Assembly (NCBI GenBank): GCA_051294905.1
Contig: CM119372.1
Coordinates: forward strand, 13,022,001 to 13,082,000
DNA: 60,000 nucleotides
Direction of reading: 5' to 3'
Origin: Botryllus schlosseri
Lineage: Eukaryota
Every line of letters starts with the position of its first letter. Position 1 is the first letter of the stretch. The position numbers were made by a program, and so were the translations under genes. The notes beneath the pieces were generated by a model, which saw only the letters and a list, made by a program, of their open reading frames with translations, was not told the origin of the DNA and ran no database searches. Shown in pieces: positions 13,416 to 25,779 of this stretch.

Positions 13416-14090
13416 CTCAGATCCTTCATAAGTTCAATTTTGAACTTTATAAGACTGTCCTCTGCCATTTGAGGCATAATTTGCCTTTTACTCTAAAATT
13501 TGTTTCCCAAAGTTTCCGCGTTTGTTTCTAAATATATTCCGCCAGGCTATGTTCAGCCTCAACTAGGGTCATCAGTGACCGAATATTTAACCCTCAGATA
13601 CTTCATAAGTTCGATTTTTAACTATCACCACAATTCGCGACCGTTTGTGAGGTTAAATCTGCGTTGTAGGCCTACTCGAAAATTAGGGTGTCCCGCAGTT
13701 TCCGCGATTTCTAGATAATTTATTCCGTCAGGCTCTGTTCAGCGTCTATTATAGGGCCACTGAGCAATTGTGGAACAGCATCTCGCCGGCTATCCGACAG
13801 TCGTCGAGCATGTCCGCATTCAAGTCGAAATACAAGCAATTTCTTCTAAATCAATACTAGCCAGTCTTCAGCATTACCGGACCACGACCTAACATCGACC
13901 TCGCCCTCTGCCACATGCCAACTCATTTTGTCGCTTGCGTCTTATATTCTCTGCATTACTTTTGTGCAACTTTGCATTTATTCATAGGTTAAATACCGTA
14001 ATAAATGATCAAACTGAAATACAAAAGAACAGTTGCATCGACTAGCCTAATCCCTATTGCTCCAACAACTCACAAGACGTGGGTGCTAAT

Positions 14091-14511
14091 CAGAGATGAG
14101 CATGGATTAGGATTAGGTTTTGAAAAAACAGGATTTGTGAAATTTTGTCGGATTGTGATTGGATTTGGATTAGACATTTTTTTCAGAACGGATTAGGATT
14201 TGGATTGGATTTACCTATTTTCTGGGAGATTGAAATGTCGTGTGGCGAATGGCGACAAACTTTATTCAGATCAGTTATTAATGTAATTATGGTTACTAAG
14301 TTATCTTGAATCAAGTGAATCGTTGGTTGTGAAAGAAAATTTTCGAATCCCTCCATTGCATAAATTAGTATTTCTTCTGAATTTCCAGTTGGAATCGGAT
14401 TAGGATTGGACATGGACTTGAATATGAAAAAGTTTTGGATTAGGATTTGGATTTGAAGGTTAGGATTTGGATTGGATTAGGACATAGAAATTTCAAATCC
14501 GCTCATCCCTG
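14091..14511. mobile_element. hAT-type MITE with GGATT(A/T) subterminal repeats
   Basis: CAGAGATGAGC...GCTCATCCCTG; perfect TSD GTGCTAAT (14083-14090, 14512-14519). Confidence 0.9.
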
Positions 14512-14659
14512 GTGCTAATACATACATGCACTGCACGCACGTCGCACAATCACAACAACAAGAAGACGAGATCGCTCATGCGTTTAGTGAAACTATTAGA
14601 GAGAGAGATAGTAGTAAGAGATAATCACACATACTTCACAGTCAGTGTGCACTGTGCAT

Positions 14660-15119
14660 TAAGGGTTGTTCAAAAAAAACTTTTTTTTCCAAATCTCACT
14701 CGCCTACTGACTAAATCGTCAGGTTGTCTAAGAAAACGATGCACACCAAATTTGAGTCAATTCCGACTTGTAGAAGCGGAAATATTTGAGTTTTTCGTTG
14801 ATAATCCCCGGATCAAGGATAATCCGAGAATTATCAACGAAAAACTCGAATAACTCCGCTTCTACAAGTCGGAATTGACTCAAATTTGTTTTGCATCGTC
14901 TTTGAAGACAGCTCGACAATTTCATGGGGTTGACAGAAAAATTTGAAATTTTTTCTTTTTAATTTTTAATAATAAAGTAAAAATTTCAATTCAAGATTGC
15001 ACGGCCTCTACTGGTTGGAATTGAGTCAAATTTGGTGTGCATCGTTTTCTTAGACTACCTGACGATTTAGTCACTAGGCGAGTGAGATTTATAAAAAAAG
15101 TTTTTTTTGAACAACACTA
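14660..15119. mobile_element. Palindromic MITE (TAGGGTTGTT family), copy 1
   Basis: Long TIRs; TSD CTGTGCAT at 14652-14659 and 15120-15127. Confidence 0.88.
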
Positions 15120-15138
15120 CTGTGCATGTGCTGTGCAT

Positions 15139-15597
15139 TAGGGTTGTTAAAAAAAAACATTTTTTTCCAAATCTCACTCGCCTAGTGACTAAATCGTCAG
15201 GTTGTCCAAGAAAATGATGCACACCAAATTTGACTCAATTCCAACCAGTCAAGGCCGTGCAATCTTGAATTGAAATTTTTAATTTATTAATAAGAATTAA
15301 AAAAAAATTCTCAAATTTTTCTCTCAACCCTATGAAATTCTTGAGCTGTCTTCAAAGACGATGCAAAACAAATTTGAGTCAATTCCGACTTGTAGAAGCG
15401 GAGTTATTCGAGTTTTTCGTTGATAATTCTCGGATTATCCTTGATCCGGGGATTATCAAAGAAAAACTCAAATATTTCCGCTTCTACAAGTCGGAATTGA
15501 CTCAAATTTGGTGTGCATCGTTTTCTTAGACAACCTGACGATTTAGTCAGTAGGCGAGTGAGATTTGGAGAAAAAAAGTTTTTTTTGAACAACCCTA
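15139..15597. mobile_element. Palindromic MITE (TAGGGTTGTT family), copy 2, opposite orientation
   Basis: Near reverse complement of copy 1; TSD CTGTGCAT at 15131-15138 and 15598-15605. Confidence 0.88.
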
Positions 15598-17055
15598 CTG
15601 TGCATGCCTCTTATTTTCTTATTTACTTCGCCTAGGCTAAGGTGGGTGTCTGATCTTAAAGGCTAGCCTACTCCAAGTTGTTTCGACACCTTCCTATCTT
15701 TTCATTGTATCGCAGTCTTGTGATGTTTTGAAACGATGAAAATATTAATAAACCTGATTGATTGATTGTTTAACCCGCATGATACATCATAAATGCGTGA
15801 TACTCGAAAATAGGGTTTTTCCGCGTTTTCTAGATATTTTTCCGCGAGGTAAGGTTGGGCATGTATATAATCGTTAATGAACGAATGTTTGATCAATAGA
15901 TACTCCAATTTTTAACTATTACGACAGCTCTCTGCCATTTATGAGGCCTAATTCGCATTACTCGAAAATTGGTGTCTCTCAGTTTCCGCGTTTTCTAGAT
16001 ATTTTCCGCGAGGCTAGGTTGAGCTTCTATAATGGTCAGGGTCACTGACCGAATGTTTGACCCTCAGATACTTCATAAGTTCAATTTTGAACTTATTGTA
16101 CCACGGACCTCTGGTGTTTATGAGGTATGACTTGCCTTAGGGCCTATACACTAGGCTACTCAGAAATTTGTGTCCCGCAGTTTCCGCGTTTATTTCTAGA
16201 TATATTCCGCCAGGCTCTGTTCAGCGTCTGTTAGGGTCAGTAACCGAATGTTTAACCGTCAGATACTTCATAAGTTTTATTTCTACCTATCACGACAGTT
16301 CGCGGCTGTTTGTGAGGTTAAATCTGCTTCATACTCGAAAATTGGGTGTACCGCAGTTTCCACGTTTTCAAGTTATATTCCGCGAGGCCAGGTTGAGCGT
16401 GTATAATCATTAGTGAACGAATGTCTGACTCTCAAATACTTAATAATTTCAATTTTCAACTATTACGACAGTTCTTTGCCATTTATGAGGCCTAATTCGC
16501 CTTACGCGAAAATTGGTGTCCCGCAGATATATTTTCCGCCACGGCAGGTTTAGCATTTATAAGGGTCAGTGGCGTAATGTTTAAACCCACAGATATACTT
16601 CATAAGTTTAATTTTCAACTATTGCAACAGTTCTCGGTCACTTGTGAGGCCTAATTTTTCTTATAGGCCTACTCCAAAATTAGGGTGTCCCGCAGTTTCC
16701 GCGTTTTCTAGATATTTTACGCGAGGCCAGTTTTACAGTTACTCTCTGCTAAGTCGAGTTGGGCGACTACACTGGACATTGATCGTATTTTACTCTTGTA
16801 TACTTCATAAGATTAATTTCCCGACGATAATTAGCTCTTACCGATACGAGGCTTCGCCCTCTTTCTCATAAACTCGAAGTTGGGGTGTACCGCTGTTTCG
16901 TCGTTTTAGGCTTTAGAGTTCCGTCTATGAGATCTACAAATGTCAATGAACGAGTGTATCGCGTTCCGCTTTTTCCGCTGTTTCCTCGTTTCAATGCCTA
17001 CTATGTGATCTATAAAGGTCAATGACGGACTGTTCCGCGTTTTCCTCTGTTTCAG

Positions 17056-17091
17056 TATAGATAACTAACCTACGTAGGTTAGTTATCTATA
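17056..17091. repeat. Perfect 36-bp palindrome
   Basis: TATAGATAACTAACCTAC|GTAGGTTAGTTATCTATA; degenerate copy at 36806-36841. Confidence 0.9.
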
Positions 17092-17445
17092 TAGTTTCAG
17101 CGCTTAAGGAATCGAGGTTACACGCTTTTCCGCAGTTTCCGCGTTTTAGGGGCCATTTCCTGTAGTTCCGCGTTTTCCGCAGTTTCCGCTTTCCCTCCTT
17201 TTAGGGTTACCCGTAAATAGCAGTAGGCTACCATATTTCTGCTGTTTAGTCTGCAGCAGAATAAGCTGCGAGGAAGGCCGGATTTATTGCGTACTGAAAA
17301 AGGGCGCAGTGCAGTCGACACTTGGGTTAAAAAGTAGTAAAGCTATAAATCAATTATCTAAATTATATTGTACATATCGTTTTAGCTAGTAAGGCGTAAA
17401 TTCGGACATCATCCCGGATCGATTTGACAAATGTATAGAGTTAGG

Positions 17446-18034
17446 CAGCGTTGTAATGACTCGAGTCAAGTCATGTCGACTCGAGTCGTGATTTTCTGAT
17501 GACTCGACTTGAGTCGAACTGTGTATTGGCTAGACTCGAGTCATTGCAACTCGGAACAAGTCATATGACTCGAGTCTCAGACGGCCAAGACCGACATTTC
17601 ATAGTAATTCCAAAGGATAGTAAAGTAACCACACTGTTGGTATTTCGCCTAATGGTATACTGGCCAGAGTGGAATTGGTGGCAACGTCATGCAGAACTTT
17701 CTGTTTTATTTGATTATTCTATGCAGAACAGCTCTCATCACGCAAGAGTTATTTCAAAAAATGAACAGATTCCATAGGGGGGTACTGGTACCCGAAAATG
17801 CGACCAGAAACTGTTGAAAGTGAGGAAAACTATAGTATATTTTGAATGTAAAAAGTGTTTTTAACAAGACATTAACTCGAAACTCAGCAGTCAACGTAAC
17901 GACTTGGACTCGAGTCATGATACCATGACTCGGATTCGACCCTCTGCTCGCTGACTTGGACTCGGTGGTGAATTAAAATGACTCGAGTCAAAACTATAAA
18001 AGTGAGATTGATTTGTGACTTGGCTACAACCCTG
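17446..18034. mobile_element. hAT-type MITE with GACTCGAGTC repeats
   Basis: CAGCGTTGTA...TACAACCCTG; perfect TSD GAGTTAGG (17438-17445, 18035-18042); partial relative from ~51703. Confidence 0.9.
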
Positions 18035-18084
18035 GAGTTAGGTATTTTTAGGGTTGTCCTGGTGATGCGATATTTCCTCATGAC

Positions 18085-20319
18085 TTCTAGTCGACGTCCC
18101 AAGGGTCAAACGGGGGCCATACTTGTGTTACAGGCACCGAAATTTCGAAACCAATTTCAATGCAATACTAGTGAGTCGTATGTAGAGTCCGAAGCCTAAT
18201 TATTCTAAAAAATGTGTTCTACTACTCGTCGTGATCATATATTCGGGAATATGATGATTCTTTGTAGTAGCCGCGAGGGTCAAACCATTCATTCCCGCAC
18301 TCTCCGAAATAAACTTCTTCCCAATGATCGTCGATAGACGTGGTATGTTGAGCGTTATCATCGACACATTTCTGACGAGTTCTCTGCGAAATTTTCAGTC
18401 AAACTGTTGTGTAGTAGGTATCAGGTCGTGTTCGTTAAATTGTTATTTCGTCATAATACCTAGATTTACACCCCAAAACAGTCGTGTATATTAGGGTTGT
18501 CCATAATTTGGAAAATCTCAAAAAAGATGCGTATCCATGCCTCATTCTGTAGATTATTGATAAAAAACATCAATGAACCTGCAATAAGCTCACGGGAAAG
18601 TCGTTAACATTTGTCTAAATACGTTTGAAAGTAGCTGCCGTAGAGTGGGCGTGTTAGCGACCATAGAACGCCGAGAAGACTAGTAATAACGAAATCACGT
18701 CTCTTGATTGGTTAATCAGCAATGCTTGAATGGTCACGACCACAGCGGCTTGCTGATTATGTGCTTATACTAGTTCGAGAAGTTCGCTAACGGCAATGAT
18801 TCTGTTAGCGCATTGTACGTTGGTGATTTAATAATAAAATAAGACATCTGGTCATTGAATGTTTTAGTGTTAAAACTATAGGTACCGATAGCTTTAGTGC
18901 AACAATAGCCTATTGCAGGCATGACAGAGGTGAAACAGCGAATGATTGTGAACTTATAGAAGTAAGTATAGATACCAGAAATAGCCTACATATCTGATAT
19001 GCTTGAGATTACACCAAGTGGTCCTATTTTCCGGTGCAGGTAAGGCATATTAGACATCGCCGAACTGGTGCGGCATACCATGTGATATGGATTCTGGACA
19101 CAATCCTGTATGCTCAGAAGATATGTGGGCCGACCAGGTAGCTTACATTGGATTTCTGAAGAAGAGTGTAACTACAACACCGCTTCAATACATCCTTTTT
19201 GTGTCCATGTCTAGTTTGATTCAAGCATTAGTAGTGATGCAGCCTGTAATGATCTAAGATTTATTAAGGACATGCTAAGCAATGTAAGCAACCTGTCTTT
19301 TTGCTGATGGTCCTACCAGCATAGTCTGTGCTTATCTTTAGACCTCTTTTCGCGGCATCATTGAGGACTTTGACAGCACTTGCGGGTATGATTCATTATG
19401 CTGCAATAATCTGACAAGTGCCAAGCATAAATGACAGATTCATCCAGCCCTTACAGCATTCAACACTTCAATTATATACCACGACAACAGCCTAATAAGA
19501 GCAGACAAAGTAGTGTCAATGTCAAGCTTTATATTTGTATTCGATGATGGTACAAAGGTACATCCCCTCTGAAACTAGAAATTCGTTTGCCACTTGCATA
19601 TGCGCCTTTGCAATATTTTTCCGCTTGTTTTTGTGCTTTCCATCAATGAAATCAAGGCATACGGGCTACAATAAAATTGCTAATAAACCAATGATGATGA
19701 TGATGGTTACCTTCACAATAAGCCATCCGGTCATGTATTTAAAGATATTGTGAAGCAGCTGTTCTTTGTTCATCATGTGTTTCGTTACTCAACATGTTCT
19801 GAATTAATCCTAAATCATTATTGGCGGACCAACCTACAATGCGCTTACAGAATCGACGCCGTTAGCCGACTCATTGACCAGCTTATCAACAAGCCGCCAA
19901 TGTCGTGATCATTGAAGCGTACCAGATTAGCTAATCAAACGCCGTGATTTCGTGATTACTAGTCTGATTGCCGTTCTCTGGTCGCTGGCACGCCCACTCT
20001 ACGGCAGCTACTTTCAAACGCATTTAGACAAATGTTAACGACTTTCCCGTGAGCTTATTGCAGGTTCATTGACGTTTTTTAACTATAATCTATAGAATGA
20101 GATATGGATACGCATAAATTTTGAGATTTTCCAAATTATGGACAACCCTAGTGTATATGCATCTAACGTTGAATATATTGTACAGAAATAGTCTGGCAAG
20201 ACGTTCCTGAATATGTCGATGTAATTTACAAAGCATAAAACGCAATGACACCCGTGTATATTTCCATGATTCACCCGATCACTGATTTACGCCAAAAATT
20301 CTAATAGAATCACAGTGGT
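18085..20319 (-). mobile_element. Diverged orphan arm of the same foldback family (outer TIR plus about one satellite unit), interrupted by a hAT element
   Basis: Colinear with 9050-9294 plus 11726-12050; ends GAATCACAGTGGT at 20319, confirming the family terminus. Confidence 0.88.
18492..20150 (+). mobile_element. hATm-like deletion derivative with ~330-bp TIRs and transposase remnant
   Basis: TAGGGTTGTCCATAATTTGG...CCAAATTATGGACAACCCTA; perfect TSD GTGTATAT; broken frames read GAAYHVIWILDTILYAQKI (~19064-19123) and SSDAACNDLRFIKDM (~19230-19275), resembling the PGAxHxARWM..Y..KI and A..A..NDL.F motifs of TAG-terminated hAT transposases. Confidence 0.8.
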
Positions 20320-20619
20320 CTTCATACAGCAGGTTCGTCTCGTGCATGTAGTATTCAAATTGATTAATGATAATTTTACTGTTTATGAAATGATATGTCG
20401 TGATTAACCTGTTAGTAAGTTTGATATATTTGTAGGCCAACTTCCCCTCGGTTTTGACACTTCGCCTAACTATTAGTTGGCAACCTAATTCCGAGTACCG
20501 CCAGCGTTGAGTAATACAATATCAGCATGATGTCTATCAAATGTTTGAAAATATACTGCTTCTTCACAGAATTGCTTGATACGGTATGTTATAAATGTAG
20601 TGCCACTCCTGCGTTTACA

Positions 20620-23603
20620 ATGGTAACCAATTCCACAGTGACGTCAAATCCCAATATCGTGCGGGATGGGAATTCAGGCTCACTGACTGGAGTCAATGTT
20701 CTTCTCGTAATAATATATGGTGGTATGGTAAGATTTTAATTCTTGGATCTGGTAATTAAAAGTAAACTATTGCATAGCAATGTTTCTAATATAGGCTTAC
20801 GTAATTGTAGTAAAACCAGATCAGTTTCACCCATTTAAAGAGATAGGTAAAGATTAAGCAGCCTTTGTCTCTAGAATGACACTGATTCGCTATGTTTCAG
20901 GTTGGACTGATGTGCATCCTGTTTATCAAGAGATTGCTTCTCCGGATTGCGCCCAAATATTCAAAAGGTTATACCGATGTCGTAAAACACGCTCCCGAGG
21001 CACTGAAAGAAGATATTCAAAAACGGCTGATGCAGACAATGAATGTTTATCATGAACCGTTACTGCTATCACCGGATGATTATCGGCAACAAAGTCTGTC
21101 TTCATCAGATACCACAACACAGTATGGCTACCTGTATCGCATGAAAGCTGTGGATGCCATGAGGAAGCTTGGTAGGTATAAGTTGTTTTTCAATTCTGAT
21201 ACCATCCTGCTGAGACTGATGGATAGCCAATGCTGCAGGGTGATGGATGGAATTCTGATACCATTCGCTCCATTGGTCGGAACGCTCAACAGTGATGATC
21301 ATTAACTTTGTACTTGTACTTTATTGAAGTATTCAACTGGTGGTGTTTTCAGACTAGGAGACTACTAATGTAAGCTTTTGAATGCCAACTAATGAAGCAG
21401 AAGTAGTGTTTGGATAGATTTGTGTCACTTCATGAGTAAAATTGTCATATCAGCTGACAGCTGGACAATATGGCGCAGTAATGGAATCATACAACTTCAA
21501 ATTTAAGCTATTTGGGACGCTGTTAGTCATTCTGCATTATTCGCAGTGATACATGCTGCAATTTTGAAGTTGCCACCAACAGACTAATGGACCGTTTAGA
21601 CACTCATTCCTAAACTGCTTGAGTAACTTTAATAGCCAAGTTTTTTACTTCGACTTCAAATAATAGTTACCGTAATTTTCCGAATATAGTGCGCCCCCAT
21701 GTATAATACGCACCCTTTAAATGACGTGTATATTCTGGGAAAAAGCCTGTGCCCATGTATAGTACGCACCCTGCATTCGCAGTACATGAGTACATGAATA
21801 GTTGTGGTTTAGTATTCGATGTTGTTCTGTTTTGCGATGTCACTGTCGAACAATCATGACATAATGATCGCTAATCATATTACAATTAACGGCATTGTCT
21901 CTAAACGAGAGTAGATAGTAGCCAAAGCCTTTGAGGTCGGCGACGCGATAGCTCAGGCTAGCGACACACGACATCTTGCGCACGTGGCCTATCACAATTA
22001 CAGATGTGATTGCTCAGGCCAACAGTTATGTCGGGCGCACCAGTCCTGTTGGAGATGCGACTGATTATCCAAGCGATTATATCTTGCGTACATGGCATCT
22101 TGTGTATGAGATTGTTACAGCCTGTCGTTGACGCGATGCATCAACAAGGACGCGATGAATCAACAAGGATTGCCGCGCACGCCGCAATCAATCAGTGACC
22201 TAATTTCGTGCAAACGGCACATCAACTCAGCAAGAGATCGAGTGCTTTGCAGACGACACTCGTTAATTAGAAACACGCTTTTCGTTAATTGGCAACATGA
22301 CTCTCTATTTGGCAGCGCGTTACACTCGATAATACGAATTACGGGGCTCAATGGCTAGAGGTGATCCGCGATTTAAACAAACGTGAAGAAAGGCGTGATT
22401 TCAAGTTCTTGATCGAGGGATTTTTTTTTCAAGGCTTGCTGTACCCATGTATAATACGCACCCCCCTATTTTAGGGCAAAAAATCGGTAAAATTTTGCGC
22501 ATTATACATGGAAAATTACGGTATAGCATGTCCAAAACATCGCCAATTCTACTTGTAGTTCATCAGAAATATTCAGTATACTTGTACTTAGCACTCTTAG
22601 CAGTATTAACAATAGATACCTGAACAACTATGGTGGTCACAGTAGAAGTAGAAGTATAGTGCCTTTCAAAACAGATTAAACTACTTCAATATATGTTCAA
22701 ATCGCTAGATCAAACATACCTTCAAGAATAAAATTTGTGGTCAATAACCCACAACCTTCGAATATCGTCAATTTTATTATTTATCAACTACTGAACTACT
22801 CAACACTTGTAAAAAACAGTTAAAAATATATGTGTACAGCAAAAATATGTAGGCGTACGAATAGTGTCTGACCGATTGAGCATACAAAACTTATTTGCCT
22901 GCACTTGTAAATATCATGAACAATGAACATGTTTTCTTGATTTAATGATCCAGAAACTAGCCTTCAGGTTATGTGAAAGCATTGGCTAAAAAACTTTGAA
23001 TACCAGTGCCGAATTTCAGTACAAGCACATCATAGCTGTATGTTTATAAAGTTCAAGCTCCATTGACGCATCTACAGATATGCTTGATATAATTGAATTG
23101 TGATTTGCAGAAGATATTCTTGAAAAGCAAGAATTAGAGCGCAGTAGTCACAAGGAATGGAGCCACCATCTGCACGATTTGAAATCCCACAGCTCTGGTA
23201 TATTAAAAAATGTACGTACCTCGCAGATCAAATCGCTAATGGATATGTACGAACATGCCAGATATAAACAAGAGGTATATCAACACTGCTTGCACCTATG
23301 TACTTGGTGATTCAATCAAATTGGTTGTTTTACTAGCGATTTGGAAAGGTAGAATACAACAAGATGATCGAAACGCTCTCTGAAATCATGTCTGGGTAAG
23401 CTGCTTTACAAGAGATGTCTTATCTATGTGTCATAATTTATGCTTCATTTTTCAAATTTAGAATTGAGCAAAAATCTAGGAAGAGACGCAGCTCAAAAAA
23501 GCAATCATCAAGAAAGAATACAAGTTCTTCAAATAACTCCGGTGCAGCCAAGCCTGGTCTTGACACTAAACATGGCGATAAGGATCCATTAATTAGGAAT
23601 TGA
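20620..23603 (+). CDS. C1orf43: C1orf43 / NICE-3 family protein, ~247 aa, 5 coding exons
   Basis: Exons 20620-20727, 20901-21171, 23111-23274, 23337-23395, 23462-23603, all GT-AG and phase-compatible; motifs LTGVNVLLVIIYGG, HAPEALKEDI, EPLLLS, YLYRMKAVDA, YEHARY, FGKVEY match the NICE-3 family; start codon tentative. Confidence 0.92.
21670..22521. mobile_element. Tc1/mariner (pogo/Tigger-like) MITE in a C1orf43 intron
   Basis: TA|CCGTAATTTTCC...GGAAAATTACGG|TA; same family at 29925-32812 and 45174-45951. Confidence 0.88.
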
Positions 23604-23831
23604 TTTTAGTAGAATATTCATACAAACTTATTTTACCGATTTTTTTTGTCTTGTCATGAGAATATATGGAAAATACTTTTCTATTCATTTATCTGAGCCA
23701 CATTGCTGTGTACCAACAAGTGTGAGTTAAATGCGACTAGAATATGACCTAAAGAATTAACGAGACTAAAATATGGAGGTCGGGTCGAGCAAGTTGAGAT
23801 ATCATGCGAGCAATTTTCCAATGGTTTAAGC

Positions 23832-25185
23832 CAGTGGCTCTCAACCTGAGGGGCGCGAATGCATCTGAAGGGGGGGGGGGGGGGCGCGAAACAGCGGTCA
23901 ACTGAATTTTTTTTCGCGCGATTTACCTCTAATTCGCGTGTGTTACTCTATATATAGACCAATTCTCATATTTCTGAATTCTCTCGTCAACAGTCGTAAT
24001 ATTCCATGCCATCAAACCATCTGTTGAGGTTGCTAGAGCATCACCGTCGGATTTTGTGATATGACGATAAGGGGGGCGCGAAACTTTTCACTATCATAGA
24101 GGGGGCAGAGATGCCACTGAGATATCTTGGAAAAACCCAGCTTTGGACGTTGGAAAAACCCAGATCCTATATTTCACTCAAATTTATATGATATTGCTGC
24201 AAAACAGTGACTGAGAGTCATCAATGACAGTTATACGGACATAGAAGTTTTAGCCCTTGATGTTGAAATCCCAACTGTTCATTTTCATACTATACATTTT
24301 GCTCAGTTAAATGAGCAAATCCATCGAAATATGATGCTTTCCTCTCGACACATTGCTATGGGCATTCGGTATGGAGGGGGGGGGGGGGGGGTCAATACGT
24401 AATTTATTGTATATTCGTAATGTTTGTCACAATGCTAATCCCCATCTATGATGAGGATGATTTTAGGGTATAGTTCCAGTGACTGTGAGCTTACCAGATA
24501 GATTAAAAATAGCTTTCGATTCATTAAAACTGGGACAAGCATTTTTATCTGGGATGTTTAGTCGAAAAAGAAACTGCCAGATCATGAAATTAAGGGTACA
24601 TTTGAATTTGACAAACCCCTCTCCCTCTGAATAACTTGCCCGGGTGCCCAAATTGTCTCTTTGAGTGTCCCTGTTCAAAGTGAATATACTCTGAGGTCAA
24701 CATGGTAAATTAGTTAGATCAACATTTGGTCTTTCCATGTGCATTAATTGCATACTTTACACCAGTTACATACTATTTACTGACACACGACGAATTTGTT
24801 GCAGCGCTATTATTCAAGTCCTAAATCGTTTTGAATTGCAAAACAAATGCTCCAGAGTTGCCTTGTGAAAATGACTTTCTGCGACCTAGTAGTCAGTATT
24901 CAATTAAGCTCTCTCATCACGCCAAGACCTCTCATTTTAATAGTAAATGGGTCTCTTTAGACTCAATCACAGTAGAATCCGTGGATATTATAAGATCTTA
25001 CTAAGCTAATAATAAATTTTGCGCCGTAAAATTGACCTGACAAACATGATGTTGAAAAAAACCCAGATTTCAAGCACAAAAACCCAGAAACCCAGGTGAT
25101 GCTCGAAAAACCCAGATCTGGGGGGAAAAACCCAGGAGTGGCATCTTTGAAAGGGGGGCGTTTAAAAAAAGGTTGAAAACCATTG
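23832..25185. mobile_element. hAT MITE containing a nested element
   Basis: CAGTGGCTCTCAACC...GGTTGAAAACCATTG; TSD GTTTAAGC/GTTTAGGT. Confidence 0.75.
24106..25149. mobile_element. Nested hAT-type element with AAAAACCCAG subterminal motifs
   Basis: CAGAGATGCCACT...AGTGGCATCTTTG; TSD AGAGGGGG/AAAGGGGG. Confidence 0.8.
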
Positions 25186-25193
25186 GTTTAGGT

Positions 25194-25779
25194 CAGGGGC
25201 GGGCAACTTCTCCAGTCGGCGGGCCGGATATAGGAAAATTAAGTACTTGGCGGGCCGGATTGCTGAATCGATACATTATTCGCCCATATATCTACATATA
25301 CAAGGAATAAATCGTACTTAATGTATTTTACCGACAGCAATGTCACTGCAAAGCCGTATATCGCCGATAATGACGAAGACAATGTAGATTTGAGAACAGC
25401 ATTGTTATACAGGCGCCGTCTGTTTCTCTCTAATCAATTAACACAAGGTGCAATCCTTAAATAAGATTTCAATGCGTTCTATAAGCCCGGTACCCTCAAT
25501 TTACCGAGATATCAATTCATTAGGGTTGAGTACATGGTGAATGCCGATACTGCAAGTCTTCTTGCTTCGATGAACTTACGCGTGAGCTCTACTCTCGCAC
25601 GGTGCGTACACAAGTATATAATAACATACAGTCACTACAATTTGACGCTTACGCAAGTAGCGGGGTATCTCGGCGGAGTGGCGCTGCGGGCCACATTATC
25701 ATGTAAGACGGGAAACTGTCCGCGGGCCGGACAAAATCCCTTCGCGGGCCGGATCCGGCCCGTATGTTGCCCACCCCTG
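25194..25779. mobile_element. hAT-Charlie-like MITE
   Basis: CAGGGGCGGGCAAC...GTTGCCCACCCCTG with GCGGGCCGG subterminal motifs; perfect TSD GTTTAGGT. Confidence 0.9.

Larger units (their letters stand above)
13768..15768 (+). mobile_element. 5'-truncated LINE 3' end (CR1/L2-group-like), interrupted by MITEs
   Basis: 13768-13860 encodes LWNSISPAIRQSSSMSAFKSKYKQFLLNQY*, a typical CR1/L2-group ORF2 C-terminus; the 3'UTR resumes at ~15600 and ends AATAAACC(TGAT)n; homologous to 37900-38955 and 49780-50225. Confidence 0.75.
12570..17210 (+). repeat. Second, diverged ~165-185-bp tandem repeat array, interrupted by LTR, LINE and MITE insertions
   Basis: CGAAAATTAGGGTGTCCCGCAGTTTCCGCGTTTTCTAGATATTTTCCGCGAGGC...GACCGAATGTTTGACCCTCAGATACTTCATAAG recurs at ~12570-13760 and ~15800-16900, then decays into GTTTCCGCGTTTT sub-repeats. 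Confidence 0.85.

Noticed and set aside
14100..14480. GGATTA/GGATTT hexamers as interstitial telomere
   Set aside because: Not TTAGGG and confined within a TIR/TSD-bounded MITE
13963..14640. Possible second solo LTR (TGTG...CACA with minus-strand AATAAA)
   Set aside because: No matching TSD found; left unassigned
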